Source: Lama glama
Lineage: Eukaryota
Direction: 5' to 3'
Assembly (NCBI GenBank): GCA_028534125.1
Contig: CM052816.1
Span: 3,102,001-3,166,000, forward strand
DNA: 64,000 bases
The notes beneath the pieces were generated by a model. It had not been told where the DNA came from, ran no database searches, and worked only from the letters and a program-made list of their open reading frames with translations. Below are positions 40,260-53,261 of the stretch, one piece after another. The translations under genes were made by a program, and so were the position numbers. The stretch's first letter is position 1; every line of letters starts with the position of its first letter.

Positions 40260-42112
40260 TTTCTTTTTTTAACACCTTTATTGTGGTATGGTTCCTGTAC
40301 AGTAAACTACACATATTTCAAATGTACAATTTGATGAATTTTGATAGATGTGTACACCAATGAAACCACAACCACAATCAAGATAGCTAACATTTCCATC
40401 ACTCCCCAAGACGTACAATTTTCAAATTCCCAATTTATCCCTTCCCACTCCCTTTACCCACTGGTAACCATAAGTTTGTTTTCTATGTCTATGAGTCTGT
40501 TTCTGTCTTGTAGATTAAGTTCCTTTGTGTCCTTTTTTTTTAGATTCCACATACAAACGATATCATATGGCATTTTTCTTTCTCTTTCTGGCTTACTTCA
40601 CTTAGAATGATGATCTTCAGGTCCATCCATGTTGCTGCAAATGGCATTTTTTATGGCTGAGTAGTATTCCATTGTGTGTGTATGTATATGTATATGTGTA
40701 TGTATATATAACTACATCTTCTTTATCCAGTTATCTGTTGATGGACATTTGGGTTGTTTCCATGTCTTGGCTATTGTAAATAGTGCTGCTGTGAACATTG
40801 GGGTGCATGTGTCTTTTTGAATTATAATTTTCTCTGAGCATATGCCCAGGAATGGGGTTGTTGAATCATATGGTAAGTCTATTTTTAGTTTTTAAAGGAA
40901 CCTCCATACTATCCTCCATGGTGGCTGCACCAATTTACATTCCCACCAGCAGTGTAGGATGGTTCTGTTTTCTCCACAGCCTCTCTAGCATTTATCATTT
41001 GTAGACTCTTTAATAATGGCCATTCTGAGTGGTGTGAGATGATACCTCATTGTAGTTTTGATTTGCATTTCTCTAATAGTTAGTGATGTTGAGCATCTTT
41101 TCATGTGTTGGAAATCTGTATGTCTTCTCTGGAGAGATGTCTATTTAGGTATTCTGTCCATTTTTTGATTGGGTTGCTTGTTTTTTTGTTATTAATGTGT
41201 ATGAGCTGTTTGTATATTTTGGAAATTAGTCCCTTGTCTGTTGCATCATTTGCAAATATCTTCTCCCATTCTGTAGCTTCTCTTTTCATTTTGTTGATGG
41301 TATCCTTAGCTGTGCAAAAGCTTTTAAATTTAATTAGATCCCATTTGTTTATTTTTGCTTTTATTTCCATTACTCCAGGAGCTGGTTCAAAAAATATATT
41401 GCTGTGAGTTATGTCCAAGAGTGTTCTGTCTGTGTTTCCCTCTGTTTGGTCTTACATTTAAGTCTTTAATCCATTTTGAGTTCTTTTGTGTGTATGATGT
41501 TAGAGAATGTTCTAATTTCAGTTTTTACAGGTAGCTGTCCAGTTTTCTCAGCACCACTTATTGAAGAGACTGTCTTTTCTGCATTGTATATTCTTGCCTC
41601 CTTTGCTGTAGATTAATTGACCATAAGTGCAAGGTTTTATTTCTGGACTTTCTATCTTACTCCATTGACCTATGTGTCTATTTTTGTGCCAGTACCATAC
41701 TATTTTGATTTCTGTAGCTTTGTAGTATGGTCTAAAGTCAGGAAGCATAGTTCCCCCAACTCCATTCTTCTTTATCAAAATTGTTTTGGCTTTATGGGAT
41801 CTTTTGTGTTTTCATACAAATTTTAACAATTTTTGTTCTAGCTGTGAGAAATGTCATTGGTAACTTAATAGGGATTGCACTGAATCTGTGTACTGCCTTG
41901 GGCAGTATGGCCATTTTAACAATATTGATTCTTCTAATCCAAGAATATGGTATATCTTTCCATTTGTTTACATTGTCTGCACTTTCTTTGATCAGCGTCT
42001 TACGGTTTTTGGAGTACAGGTCTTTTGTCTCCTTGGGTAAGTTTATTCCTAGGTATTTTGTTATTTTTGGTGCAGTGGTAAATGGTTTTGTTTCCTTAAT
42101 TTCTTTTTCTGC
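40260..42112 (-). mobile_element. Antisense L1: old 3' end (40260-40410) joined to a younger L1 3' UTR/ORF2 (40412-42112)
   Basis: Minus-strand ORF2 peptides KAKINKWDLIKFKSFCTAK and [23 protein letters not shown]. Confidence 0.88.
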
Positions 42113-42146
42113 ATAGAGTCAGGGCTCCATGGTGGCAGGAACACCT

Positions 42147-42925
42147 TGTGTTCCAATAGTTAGCCTTTGACTCTGGTTCCTGACACAGGGCTCCTAAAAT
42201 CCTTGTAGTTTCCTGGGTGATAGGAGTGTCTTTGTTCTGATAAGGTGACTCTGGGTGGGCTCCTGGTGATCTCATGGATGAGGGTTGGTCACCAGAAAGA
42301 CTAGATTAGATTAGAAGCTTGGAATTTTCCAGCCCCAATCCCCATTCTCTTGAGAAGGGAGAAGGCTGAAAATGGAGTAAATGATCTATCATGCTTATGT
42401 GATGGAGCATCCATAAAAATCCCCAAAGTATGAGGTTCAGAGAGCTTCTGGGTTGGTGAATATATGGAGGTGCTGAGAGAGTAGCATGCCTGGAGAGGGC
42501 ATGGAAGCTCTGTGCCCTTTTCCCCATCCCTTGCCCCGATGCATCTCTTCCATCTGAATGGTCCTGAGTTATATCCTTTTATAATAAACAGATAATCTAG
42601 TAAGTAAAATGCTTCCCTGAATTCTGTGAGCCACTCTAGTAAATTAGTTGAACCTAAGGAAAGGGTCATTGGGAAGCTTTGGTCTATAGCTGGTCAGTCA
42701 GAAACACAAGTGATAACCTGAGCTTATGACTGGCATCTGAAGTAGGGTGAAAACAGTCTTGTGGGACTGAGTCCTTAACCTGTGGGATCTGACATTATCT
42801 CCAGGTAAATGGTGTCAGAATTGAGTTGCGTTTTAGGATACCCAGCTGGTGTCATGGAGAATTGCCTTTTGGTGGTGTGGGAAATATCCCCTGCCCCAGG
42901 TTGGAAATGGTGATCAGAACCATTT
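42147..42925 (+). mobile_element. MER21-family solo LTR
   Basis: Characteristic blocks ggtcaccagaaagac, gagagcttctgggttggtgaa, catggaagctctgtgccc, aataaac, ttgtgggactgagtccttaacctgtgggatctgac. Confidence 0.8.
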
Positions 42926-43273
42926 CAATGGCCAACATTTCTTTGTTCTAAATTTCTTTTTATAACAAGTTTTGCTCTTTTCACTGAATTAGGAAAACAC
43001 AGGAAAGCCCCAAATCCTAGAAGCACTGTCCTTCCATAAGTTTTCTATGCAAATATAGTTATGCATATAGTTTTTCTAATTTTAAATATACTTATTGTTA
43101 TTTTACACTTACAAGAGTAATAATGATTATTGTAAACACTTACAGCAGTGAATACACTAAAAATGAATAAATCATTGTAATTATTCATTCAGAATTAATC
43201 ACAGTTCATCCATCATTTTGGTTCATATATTTTTGCAGACTTTTTCACACACAGTTACAAAAATAAGATAATA

Positions 43274-43514
43274 TACAAATGAACTTATTTACAAAACAGA
43301 AATAGACTCACAGACAGAAAACAAACTTATGGTTACCAAAGGGGAAAGTGGGGGGAGGGATAAATTAGGAGTTTAGGATGAACATATATACATACTACTG
43401 TATATAAAATAGATAACCAACAAGGACCTACGGTGTGGCACAGGGAACTATATTCAGTATCTTGTAATAACCTATAATGTAAATGAATCTGAAAAGACTA
43501 TATGTAGATACGTA

Positions 43515-43550
<36 letters not shown>

Positions 43551-43620
43551 TCTATTTATATGAATTTCTTTGCTGTATACCTGAAGCTAACACATTGTAG
43601 ATCAACTCTAGGAAAAAAAT
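43274..43620 (+). mobile_element. Short L1 3' UTR fragment containing (TCTG)4(TCTA)6 at 43515-43554
   Basis: acaaaacagaaatagactcacagac...caacaaggacctac...gcacagggaactatattcagtatcttgtaataacc. Confidence 0.85.
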
Positions 43621-43729
43621 GAAATCTTGGTGGAACTTAAGATCCTACTCCCTCTTTCTTTTTATGTAATACGTCATAAACACTTTTCCATAACACTAGA
43701 TTTCCTCTACAACATAATTCTTAAAAACC

Positions 43730-44330
43730 TTTTATTATGAAAAATTTCAGACTATATAAAAGTAGTTTTCTATACTATCATAAACTTTCTGTACTTATCA
43801 TTCACATTCAACAATCACCAATTCTATACTTCCTACTCCTCGCCCTCCATGAAATTTTAAAAAGCAAATTCAAATACCTTTACTTTTTAACCCATAAACA
43901 TTTCAGTGTATATTTCTAAAAGATTAGGACTCTTAGAAAAATTGTAATCATTCAGTAATATCAAATATTCAGTGTTTAGCTTTCTCAATTTTCTCATCAA
44001 TGACTTTTCTTTTTAACAATTGTATGTTTGAGTCAGGATTTGAGGAAGATCTACCCATTGCATTTGGTTCAGATATGTCCTAAGTCATTTTCTCTATATG
44101 TTCCCATTTAGTCTTTTTTCCCCTTGTATTTTTTTTATTGTTGAGGAAGAAACTAGGTCTGTTTCATAGTACTTACATTCTGAGTTTTCCTGATTGCATC
44201 CCCTGCTGTCATTTGACATGTTTCTCTGTCCCCTGCATTTTCAATAGATTGGTAATTAGACCTAGAGGTTTGAGCAGAACACTCCTTGGTGCTGGGTGGT
44301 ACTTCTACCAGGAAGTACTAATCTGGAATA
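43730..44330 (-). mobile_element. Old L1 (L1MC-like) 3' UTR remnant
   Basis: tttttattatgaaaaatttcagac...ttcagtgtatatttctaaaagattaggactc. Confidence 0.55.
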
Positions 44331-45059
44331 CAACTTTTAATGGTCTCCTCTTACAGATATAACATCATCTCTTTAATCAATCCCTTTCAAAATTTAAATT
44401 ATTTCTGACGTGTATTGTGATTACCAACACTGAGAGGACAACAGCTTCTTTTCTTCAGAATAGATTCCTATATGTAAATTCAGTGCCAGAGCCTAAAAAG
44501 TACAACCTTGTAAAGGTTTCCATGGAGCTAAACTTTCTAAGAGGCTCTCCTGGTTGCTCTGAGCTAGGCCAGAGCACAAAGACTGGTTGGGTCTGAGAAT
44601 CAGTGACAGGATGTCCCATTCTACGGACGCTGCTCTCACTTTGGTTTACTGTTGCCCCGGCCAGTAAGCAGTGCAGAGGCTGCACAGTCAGGGCTCCGTG
44701 GTGGCAGATGCAGCCATTCTCTACCCCGACCCCAGGCCTCCCTTCTCCTCGGGGCAGCTGCCTACCATCTCAGCCTCAGCACATTCTTCACACTAGGTGC
44801 AAAGACTTGGCATGCGGAGTGAAGGGTCTGCCGGGCCAGAGGAGCACTCCTTCCCTCCTTTGTTAGGTTTGTAATGCCTGGATGCCGGGTTCATAACTTC
44901 CTGTGACACCACTGGTACTTAGCTTAGCTCCTCCCACATGATAACTTGTTTGCCAGTGGGCCTGATCAAGGAGTCAGTGCAGCAGGCCAGCCTGGGTCTC
45001 CCCCACAACTTTCATTGGGAACCAAAACATCTGAATCATTCTGGAATCTCTAAATCTCG

Positions 45060-46290
45060 GTTCTTCACCGAAGGGTGAAGCAGCCCCTTTCCGCCCTGGT
45101 GTGAAGGAGAATGGAGAAGCAACCCACACCCACTCTGGCCTGGGAGTTTTGATCTCTGTCATATAGTGGTACAGGCCTGCTACAGGCAAGATGTAACAGT
45201 CAACTTCTGATTCCCCTTGGCCTGAGAAGTCCGTCCAGACCACTCAAGAATACGGAAGCACTTCACACTCGCAAGGGATCTTACTGAGGAAGCAGCAGGA
45301 CCAAGCAGTGACTTTAAGGAGCTGGGAGAAGCGACTTGAGCGCAGGCCCTGTACTCCAGATGCCCCCTTCTCGGGTGGGACCACACCTTGCCACAAATGC
45401 GCGGAGGTTGGAATAGATCCTGAAAGTAGGTAAAGATGCTGAACATGAACAAAGATGATAGATCCTACCAGTTCAGGGCACTGAATTCTGCTGCCTTGAG
45501 AGGAACTCAAGTGAGCCTTTGTAACAGTCCAGCCTTGTTTAGCTTATCAAACCTGGCTGGAGCCAAAACCCCAGGATCTACCCACCCCATCAGAAACAAG
45601 TCTGGACAAGCCGGGCACTGTCCATCAGATGCCCAGACATTTTGACGGGTCAGTTCTGACCACCAGCCAAATGTAAATTGAGAACTCCAAGTCATCCATC
45701 ATGCTTTAGCCACGCGTGAGGTTAATACCCTGTCTTTGAGAAGCACACAAAGGGCCATTTGAGTAGGAAAGTCCTCCCAAATCCCGCTGAGACATACAGC
45801 CCACGTTCGGATCATCTTTCTGAGCAGCATCTTGGTTTGGAAGGCACAGCTGTTGCTGAGGTCGCTGAATGCAGCCTGCTGCTCTCTCTGGCAGCGAGGA
45901 TAGATTAGCATGGTTAACCTGAGAAGCACTAATGCCCTCCAGACTGCCCCTTCCTCCCGGTAGCCAAGCTGCTGGGAGCCAGATGCTGGTGTCTGCCATC
46001 GCGTCCATGTCTGCTTGGACCAGTGCTGGGTGGCAGCCGATCTTCTCGTAGGACTTTAGGAAAGTCAGTACCCCTCTCAGGGTCATGGTCCCAGTGAACA
46101 GGCTCTACTTCACACTGGAAAGTCCCCTCAGGAATAAGCACTCAGCACTTCTGTTTCCTGGGAGGACGATAAGTAGGAGAAGTGGCCTTCTCTGACTCAA
46201 CCTCTAAAAGTGCGGCTCTTGGAGAATACCATGAAACATGAGACATAGACAAAGGACAAAGCCAGAACGAGGTTTATGCCTCTAACAGCT
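45060..46290 (-). pseudogene. Frameshifted hAT transposase relic, Buster/Charlie (ZBED5/FAM200/GTF2IRD2-like) clade, C-terminal half including the dimerisation domain
   Basis: Colinear motifs across shifting minus-strand frames: AVRGINLV, KSRTF, ETEV..LRG, LRGVLTFL, DTSIWL..AWL, VNHANLS, AFQTKM, EDFPT, AHLWQGV, LEYRACAQVA..LKSLLGP, CE..CF, AKGNQKL, LHPS. Recognised by eye; no alignment was run. Confidence 0.6.
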
Positions 46291-48094
46291 GTGGTTTTCA
46301 AATTGTTTCAGATTGCAGAAGTTCAAACAACAGCTGCAGATTTAGTCCTTGTTGTTGGGATGGGAGGTGATGGGTGCAGATACAACGGCAACGCAACTGC
46401 CATGACTGTTTTCTACTTCAGTAAAGCCCAGGTCATGTCCTGGGTTCTGTGAAACAAGATGGGAAACCAGTGAGCTGCTACAATCTAACCAAAATGAATC
46501 CATGGAGCTAGGTACCCCCAACCCTTATGATTTTCCAAATTCAGATGAGTATTTTTGCTTAAAGATGCCCCAGACGCTTTAAGTTTTGAGAGAGCTTAAA
46601 GTTACCCAGTCTACATATAGGAACTTCATGGTCCTCCGGTGTTGCTCCTCATTTGTATGTTCATGACAGACAGATTGCTTTCTTAAGGACAAACATATTT
46701 TAAAGGCTTTGACACACATTGATCAATTGCTCTCCAACAAAGCTCAAAGCACAGGGCCAACGGTGTCTGAAACACTAAAGTGCAAGTTTTTTCTTTTTTT
46801 TAGCAGCTTCACTAATGTGGGATCTCATTATTTCTGTTGTTCTTTTATTCTCTTGTCTGTATGCTTTGAGTATCAAGATGGAGTATAGAATTTCCAAAGG
46901 CAAAAACCACCCTTTTGCGGTCCCCATGGTGAGAGGCATGACTGAACACATAATAATGATGGCATTACTGAAATGATAACATTTACTGAAAATGTACTAA
47001 GTGCCAGACATTAGGCATTAGCTCATAGGGTTCACTACAACCCATTTTGTAGGGGAAGCTCAGAAGGGTTGAGCAACTTGCCTGATGCCACACAGCAACC
47101 AGTCTCAGGGAAGTCTGGCAAGAGCCTGCACACCAACCCATTTGCCATGCTGCTTCCACATGGGCACTACAAATAAATATTTGTACATAGGTTGATTAAT
47201 GGGTTGTTTTCTTCTGGTAGGACAGACCTGAGCAGCTTAGAAGGGAACAGCCATAAAAATGGGTTAAAAATGCAATCTTAATTCTCCCAGTCAGTCCTGA
47301 CAGAAATAGCCCCAATGGATTTCAGCATAAGCTGTTTGAGCATATGACCTGAGGTAGTATTTTTATTAAGGATTTCTTCTGACTGGAAACTCTAAGAAGG
47401 AAGCTTGAATTATCCCATATAAAAATGTAGCCATCTAAGATCATCAGAGGCATTTCCTTTTTATAGTGTTTGGTGCTAATAATAGCCCCCAAACTCCTCA
47501 GCCCAACTTTCCAGCTTTTTAAAAGAACAGTACTTATGAAAACTGAATCCTGAATCCTTGTGATGGGCGAGATTTACTCCATCCACTGTTTCCTGGGGCG
47601 CCCTTGAAGGGGAAGATGAAGGGCTCAGGGTTGATGTCTCGTACAGACTTTGTGTGGCCCAAGGACCCGTGAGGGGACCCTGGCTGTGGAGGGAGAGCCA
47701 GGCAAAGAGAGAGACAGCCTTCTAAGGAAGTGAGGTGGTGATGTCAGGCGGGAGGGGGAGAGAGGCCATGAGGGTTTTCTGTCTGGGGTTCCAGGGGACT
47801 GAGTGGGAAAAACAGGCCCCTTTCCCTGTATTGTTGTCCTTTGGGAAACCCAGCTCCTGCCTGGCCAGCACTCCATGTCTGACCTGAGGAGGGGCTGCAA
47901 CCCCTCAGAGTGTGAAAGGCCTTGGCAAAGTGGAGAGTGATTTTATGAACTAAATGATTCCCTGAAGGTTTCCCGCCTTTGCCAACTCCACGTCTCCCAC
48001 AGCACGCCTACCCCGGAGGCCCTCTCCCTGCTGCAGCACCTGTGGAACCATTCACCATGTTTCAAGTTTCTTAAAAAAAAAAAGAAAGAAAGAA

Positions 48095-49360
48095 ATTCTG
48101 GAGGTGTAATTTACATATAGTAATATGTGCCCATTTTAAGTGTACATATAGCTCAATAAATTTTGACAAATATGTGCACCCACACAGCCACCACCACAGT
48201 CTAGATTTACAACACTTCCCTCACCTGGAAATCCTCACCCCTACCCACCGACCCCAGGCCACCACTGTTCTACCTTCTGCTGCTACAGCTTACTTTTACC
48301 TTTTCCAGAATCTCATGTGCATTGAACCACAAAGTATGTAGCATTTTGTTCCCAACATCCTTCACTAGGTGTAAAGTTTTTGAGATTTATCAACGTTGTT
48401 GTCTATATTAAGAATTCTTTTTTTTTTACTGCTGAGTAATATACTGCTCTATGGATGTACCACGATCTGTTTAGCCATTTGAGTTAGCCATTTTTTGATT
48501 ATTATGAATGGAAGTTCTGTGCAAATTCAGGTAAAAATCTTTTTGTGAGTCTATGCGCTCACTTCTCTTGGGCATATACCTAGGAGTGGGATTGCTGGGT
48601 TGTAGTAATGTTTAACTTAATAAGAAACTGCCAAACTGTTTTCCAAAGTGAAATAGCTGAAAGTCCTAGGTGCTTCACATCCTCACCAACGCTTGGCATT
48701 GTCAGTAATTTAAAATTTAGTCATTCTCATGGATGTAAATTGGTATCTCATAGTGGTCTTAATTTGTGTTTCTTTGATGACTAACCGTGTTGAACATCTT
48801 TTCATGTGCTTGTTATCCATTCAGTGTGTCATTTTTTTGAAGAGTCTGTTCAAATCTTCTGTCCATTTTAACAGATTGAGTTACCTTCTTTTTATTGAAT
48901 TTCCAAAGTTCTTTATATATTCTAGTTACAAGCTCTTAATCTGATATATACATTGCAAATATTTTCCTCCAGATTCTGTTCTGTTTCCATTTCTTAACAG
49001 TGTCTTTCAAAATGCAGAAGCTTTTTTTAAAGGGAAGTCTAATGTATCGGTTTTTTCTCTTATGGTTTATACTTTTGTGTCCTGTCTATGAATTCTTTGC
49101 CTGCCTCAGGATTATGAACATTTTCTCCTGTGATTTCTTCTACAAATGTGAAGTTTTAGCATTTACTTTTAGTTCTCTGATTTATTTCAATGTAATTTTT
49201 ATATACAATGTGAGGTAAAGGTCAAGATTCCTTTCTTTCATACAGACACCCAGTTGTTCCAGTACCATTCATTGAAAACATCCTTCTTTTCCCATTGAAT
49301 TACTTTAGCACTTCTGTCAAAAGTCTGCTAAACATAAATATGGGTTTACTTCTGGTTCTG
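48095..49360 (-). mobile_element. Old antisense L1 (L1MB-like)
   Basis: gaggtgtaatttacatatagtaa 3' end; ctaggagtgggattgctggg; tggtatctcatagtggtcttaatttgtgtttc. Confidence 0.8.
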
Positions 49361-49369
49361 CTACTCACC

Positions 49370-49520
49370 AGACTCATGACCTTAGAGAAAGACAGCTTCT
49401 CTGAGGCTCCATTTCCCTATCTGTAAAATGGAATAATAGCACTTACTTCTAGGGTACTTGTTTCCCTTCAAAGAGTGTGCATGTAATATGCCACTGTGCT
49501 TGGCACAATAGGTCCTCCAT
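49370..49520 (+). mobile_element. MIR
   Basis: Core ctctgaggctccatttccctatctgtaaaatggaataatagcac. Confidence 0.7.
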
Positions 49521-49965
49521 GACCGTGGACTGAATACTAACATCAGTTATATTTACAAAGCTGTTTGCCATCTCCAAATCACTTTTGAATATATTATTTG
49601 GCATGATCTTGTCCAATCCTTCTTTCTCATGCTTTAAGACCCTCAAAGAGGAAGAATTTCAAGACAATCGCCCTTGCATATCGTCTGTACTCAGTAGAAA
49701 TTGTAGATGTGATTTCCTGAAGGGCAGACGCTGTGTTAACTTTGCATTCTCTCCTGGTACCTAGATAGTGCCCAGCCACACACACTAGGTGCTCAGCAGG
49801 GGCGCGATTTTGTTTAGTGAAGGGAGGAATGCGCTACTCCTTCTGAAATACTACTGCTTGTTGCTATGGTTATTTGGGAAGCCAACTCATCTTTCCAAAT
49901 GGATTCTGAATAGGAACCTGATCTTGCATCTCCTCATGTTGCTTTAGAGCAAAATAATAAGGCTT

Positions 49966-50008
49966 ATCACCACCATCATCATCATTATCATCATCACTAC
50001 CACAACTA
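49966..50008. repeat. Imperfect (CAT/CAC)n simple repeat
   Basis: atcaccaccatcatcatcattatcatcatcactaccac. Confidence 0.8.
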
Positions 50009-52674
50009 TCTATTCAACACGTGATGTGCTGGGTATAGCACTGAATTCTTTCTGACCTTTTTTATTCTAATCCCCAGAACACCTTTGAAATTTTATAGCT
50101 GAGAAATTTGAGGCTTAGAGAAGTATGTTCTTTAACTTGACCAAAGTGATTTCTTAAGAGGCACAGGGGAGAGAATGGAATCCAACCAGGCCCTGTTCCC
50201 AAAGTCCCTTAATCTTAAACCTTAAACTTTTGGACATTGTCTTAACTTTTGGCTTGCTTTTTCAGTGAAAAAGGCTCCATGTGATTGGTATTAGAAATCC
50301 CCCCACAGTCATCTACAACTATTGAACTATTGTTGGTGCAGTCCTGAACTAGAGATCTTTAATGATGACTTCGTTCATCATGAATGTTTCTGGCTCTTTG
50401 AAAATGACAGAGAATCATTATCTCTTCTGCCCAGCCCTTCTTCAAATGGGATCCTAATCCTTAAACCTTGCAGAAATATTGACACTGGGAGGAAGTGATT
50501 TCTCAGCCCAGTTAGCACGGCTGATATTTGGGCAAACTGCTCCTTCTAAAGTTGTTTCTTTGGCTTGGCTTTTTACTTAGAGAACTTTGGTTACAGAGAA
50601 CACATGGGAAGGGCTTTGCAAATGATACTGATCAATAAGCTTCAAAGAGGCAGGGAGGATATGATGGGCTTAAGTGGTCCCTGGTGACCCTCCCTGAGCC
50701 AAATGCACTTTCAAGATATCTAAAGCAATGGCTTTTAAAAACCCAGGTTCCTATTCAGTGAAAAAGACTACGCTATGCATTTGTTGCACTTTCTTTGAAA
50801 GGGAGGGAATCTTTGGGCCATCAAAGAAAACTCTCTAACCTCCAGTCTCTGAATCATGGTCTCCATATGCCACTGAAATTATTCAGTCTGTAAAAGCAGA
50901 AATGGGGCTATGAAGTGGCACCCTGGTCCAGGAAATAGTATGAATCATTGCAGGGGGCGGGTATAGAGCACCACCCACTGTTGGCATTATATCCTAATGC
51001 TACTCTGCCCTCAAGCACCCCCCACCCCCGCCTGTTGTGGTAATCTAACATAGTGTCACAAATTTAGCTCTGAGTTGGATGATAACAGCAGTTTTTTGTG
51101 TCTGTGTAACTCTTGGTAGTTTGCTAGGCATTTTGAATCATTTATTGAGCCTTCCATCTGTTCATTCATTCAGCAAATGCATACTTGGTAGTAAGATAAT
51201 ATTATGGGCCCACCATAGGACAAATATTGTGCCAGATGCAGGGGCTAGAGGAATAGTCAAAAGAGTCGTACAGTTATGGTCACTGCCATCGTGGAGCTGG
51301 TAGTCTAGGGAAGTGTTTTGCTTTTTTATAACCCAACTCAGAGAAACTCAGTTGAATTGTGATGTAAAAGGTATTTCTTACTGAGGATCATGGTCAAAAA
51401 CATGGAAACACACTCGTTTAGTGGAGGCTATTCTAAAATATTCCTCAAACTATCCTCCTGACAGCCATCAGAGAGTTTGTGGAGGCCAGCGCAGGAGACA
51501 GCAAATATTAACACTATTCTTGTTTAAAATAGTATTCATCAGGTACCCTGCCTTGTAGGGGAAGCAAAGGTGATCAAACACATCAGTCCTTTTGTGACTC
51601 CCCATCATCCTTAAAATGAAGCCTCAACACCTCAGCCTGATACGGAAGCCACTCCGGATGATCTGGTCTCTGGCTCCCTTCACCACTCTTCTTATTACTC
51701 ACTCCCTCCTCCTCAGATGCCCTCCACCCCAGATACTTGGAAACACCTCCTCACTTCTGAACACTCAGCTGAAGTACCACTTCCTTCCTGCCTCTGCCCT
51801 GCTCCTGCAGGCAAAACTGACTGCTTCTTGTCTGGCGTTTCACTGTCACCATGCTCATCACTCTTCTTCCTCTGTCCATGGCACTCTCTGTATTTTGGGA
51901 GATCCCTCAAATTCTCTATGTAGTGCTGATGACAGGCAAGGTTTATAGAGTGGGCTCATGATCCTGGCCTAGAACCCCATATTCTGGCTGTTGCAGTTGG
52001 TCCAAGGATGATATTTAACCCAAGCAAGGCCAATCACAGCCCGTGAGCCTTTTCTGTTATGATTGTTTATGTTGCATCTCTAAATGGCCATGAACATGCA
52101 GTCTCTAACTTTGTAGTACCCTTGTTTGTCTGCACCTGTCTCCTTCTACCACACTGTAAACTCCTTCAAGGCAGGGACTTTTCTTTGATTTTAATAATAT
52201 ATGTGTATGAATTTGTGTGTATAAAAGTCATACATTCTCTTTGTGGGAAATTTGTAGGCAATTTATCTGTAGAAAATTCTAAAACCACACAAAAAGGTTG
52301 TTAAACAGTTGTAATCCTTCCTCTCCCAAAGACATTTTAACGCCATTTTTATGATGCAGATACACACAAAACTCACATGTTATGCAATTAGAATATAATT
52401 GAACATGTGATTTTAAAACTCATTATCACTTAATGATATATGTGAAAACTTCCCATGTAATTAGCTGTTTTTCCACATGAGTTTTATTGACTATTATTCT
52501 GTCAATGGATAAAATGTAGCATGATCTATTCATCAAAAGTCTATTAGAAATTTAAGTGGTTTCTACTTCTCATTATTATAAAAAATGCTGTATCTGATTT
52601 ATACCAAGGGTGACGTTGCAAAGAATGGTACTTTTATTAAATGAAGCTGATTAGTGAGCTATCCATATGGCAAG

Positions 52675-53250
52675 TGTATTAGTTACCTATCATCATGTAA
52701 CAATAGTACCACAAACTTGCACTTTAACAAAACACACATTTATTACCTTAAAGTTTCCATAGACAACAGTTTGGTATGGCTTAAGTAGTCCCTCTGCCTC
52801 AGGGTCTCACAAAGTCGAAGTCAGGATGTTGGCTAGGGCTGCAGTCTCATCAGAAGTTCAACTGGGGAAGCATCTGCAGTAAAACTCATGTGATTATTGG
52901 CAGAATTCAATTTCATGCAGGCTGCCAAACTGAGGGCCTCAGTTTTTTGGCTGACTGTTGGCCTGCAGCCACCCTTACCTCCCTGCTGCATGCTTCTCTC
53001 TGTGGAGTAGCTCACATAATGGCAGCTTGCTTCTTCAAAGCCAAGAAGCGTGAGAGACAGAGAGAGAGAGAGACACTCCTCTGAAGTCAAGCATTACAAC
53101 TTTAAGTAACATAATCACATACCCATAATCACATACATCTTGTCACTTTTGCCATAGTCTATTGGTTAGAAGTAAGTCACAGGTCCCACACACACTCATG
53201 AGGAAGGGATCACACAAGAACTTACAGGGTACGAATTATAGGACTGCCCT
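52675..53250 (-). mobile_element. MLT1-family LTR
   Basis: tgtattagtt...aacacacatttattacc; ggcagaattcaatttcatgcag; ctattggttagaagtaagtcacaggtcc. Confidence 0.75.
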
Positions 53251-53261
53251 AGATTTTGCCT

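Noticed and set aside
45706..46086. 126-aa minus-strand ORF as a novel gene, or SEA-domain, BEL-Pao or TNF-like similarity in this block
   Set aside because: Those resemblances were single short motifs; the hAT transposase reading explains about a dozen motifs in order across frames.
46383..46402. Cluster of MYB-like sites (CAACGG, CAACTGCCA)
   Set aside because: Lies inside a small MITE-like insert and resembles a degenerate CAAC repeat; no other promoter evidence.
49783..49806. CTCF-like motif (tcagcaggggcgc), also 50948-50961
   Set aside because: The first is one G short of the core and overlaps an L2-like end; the second lacks the 5' CC. Not supportable.
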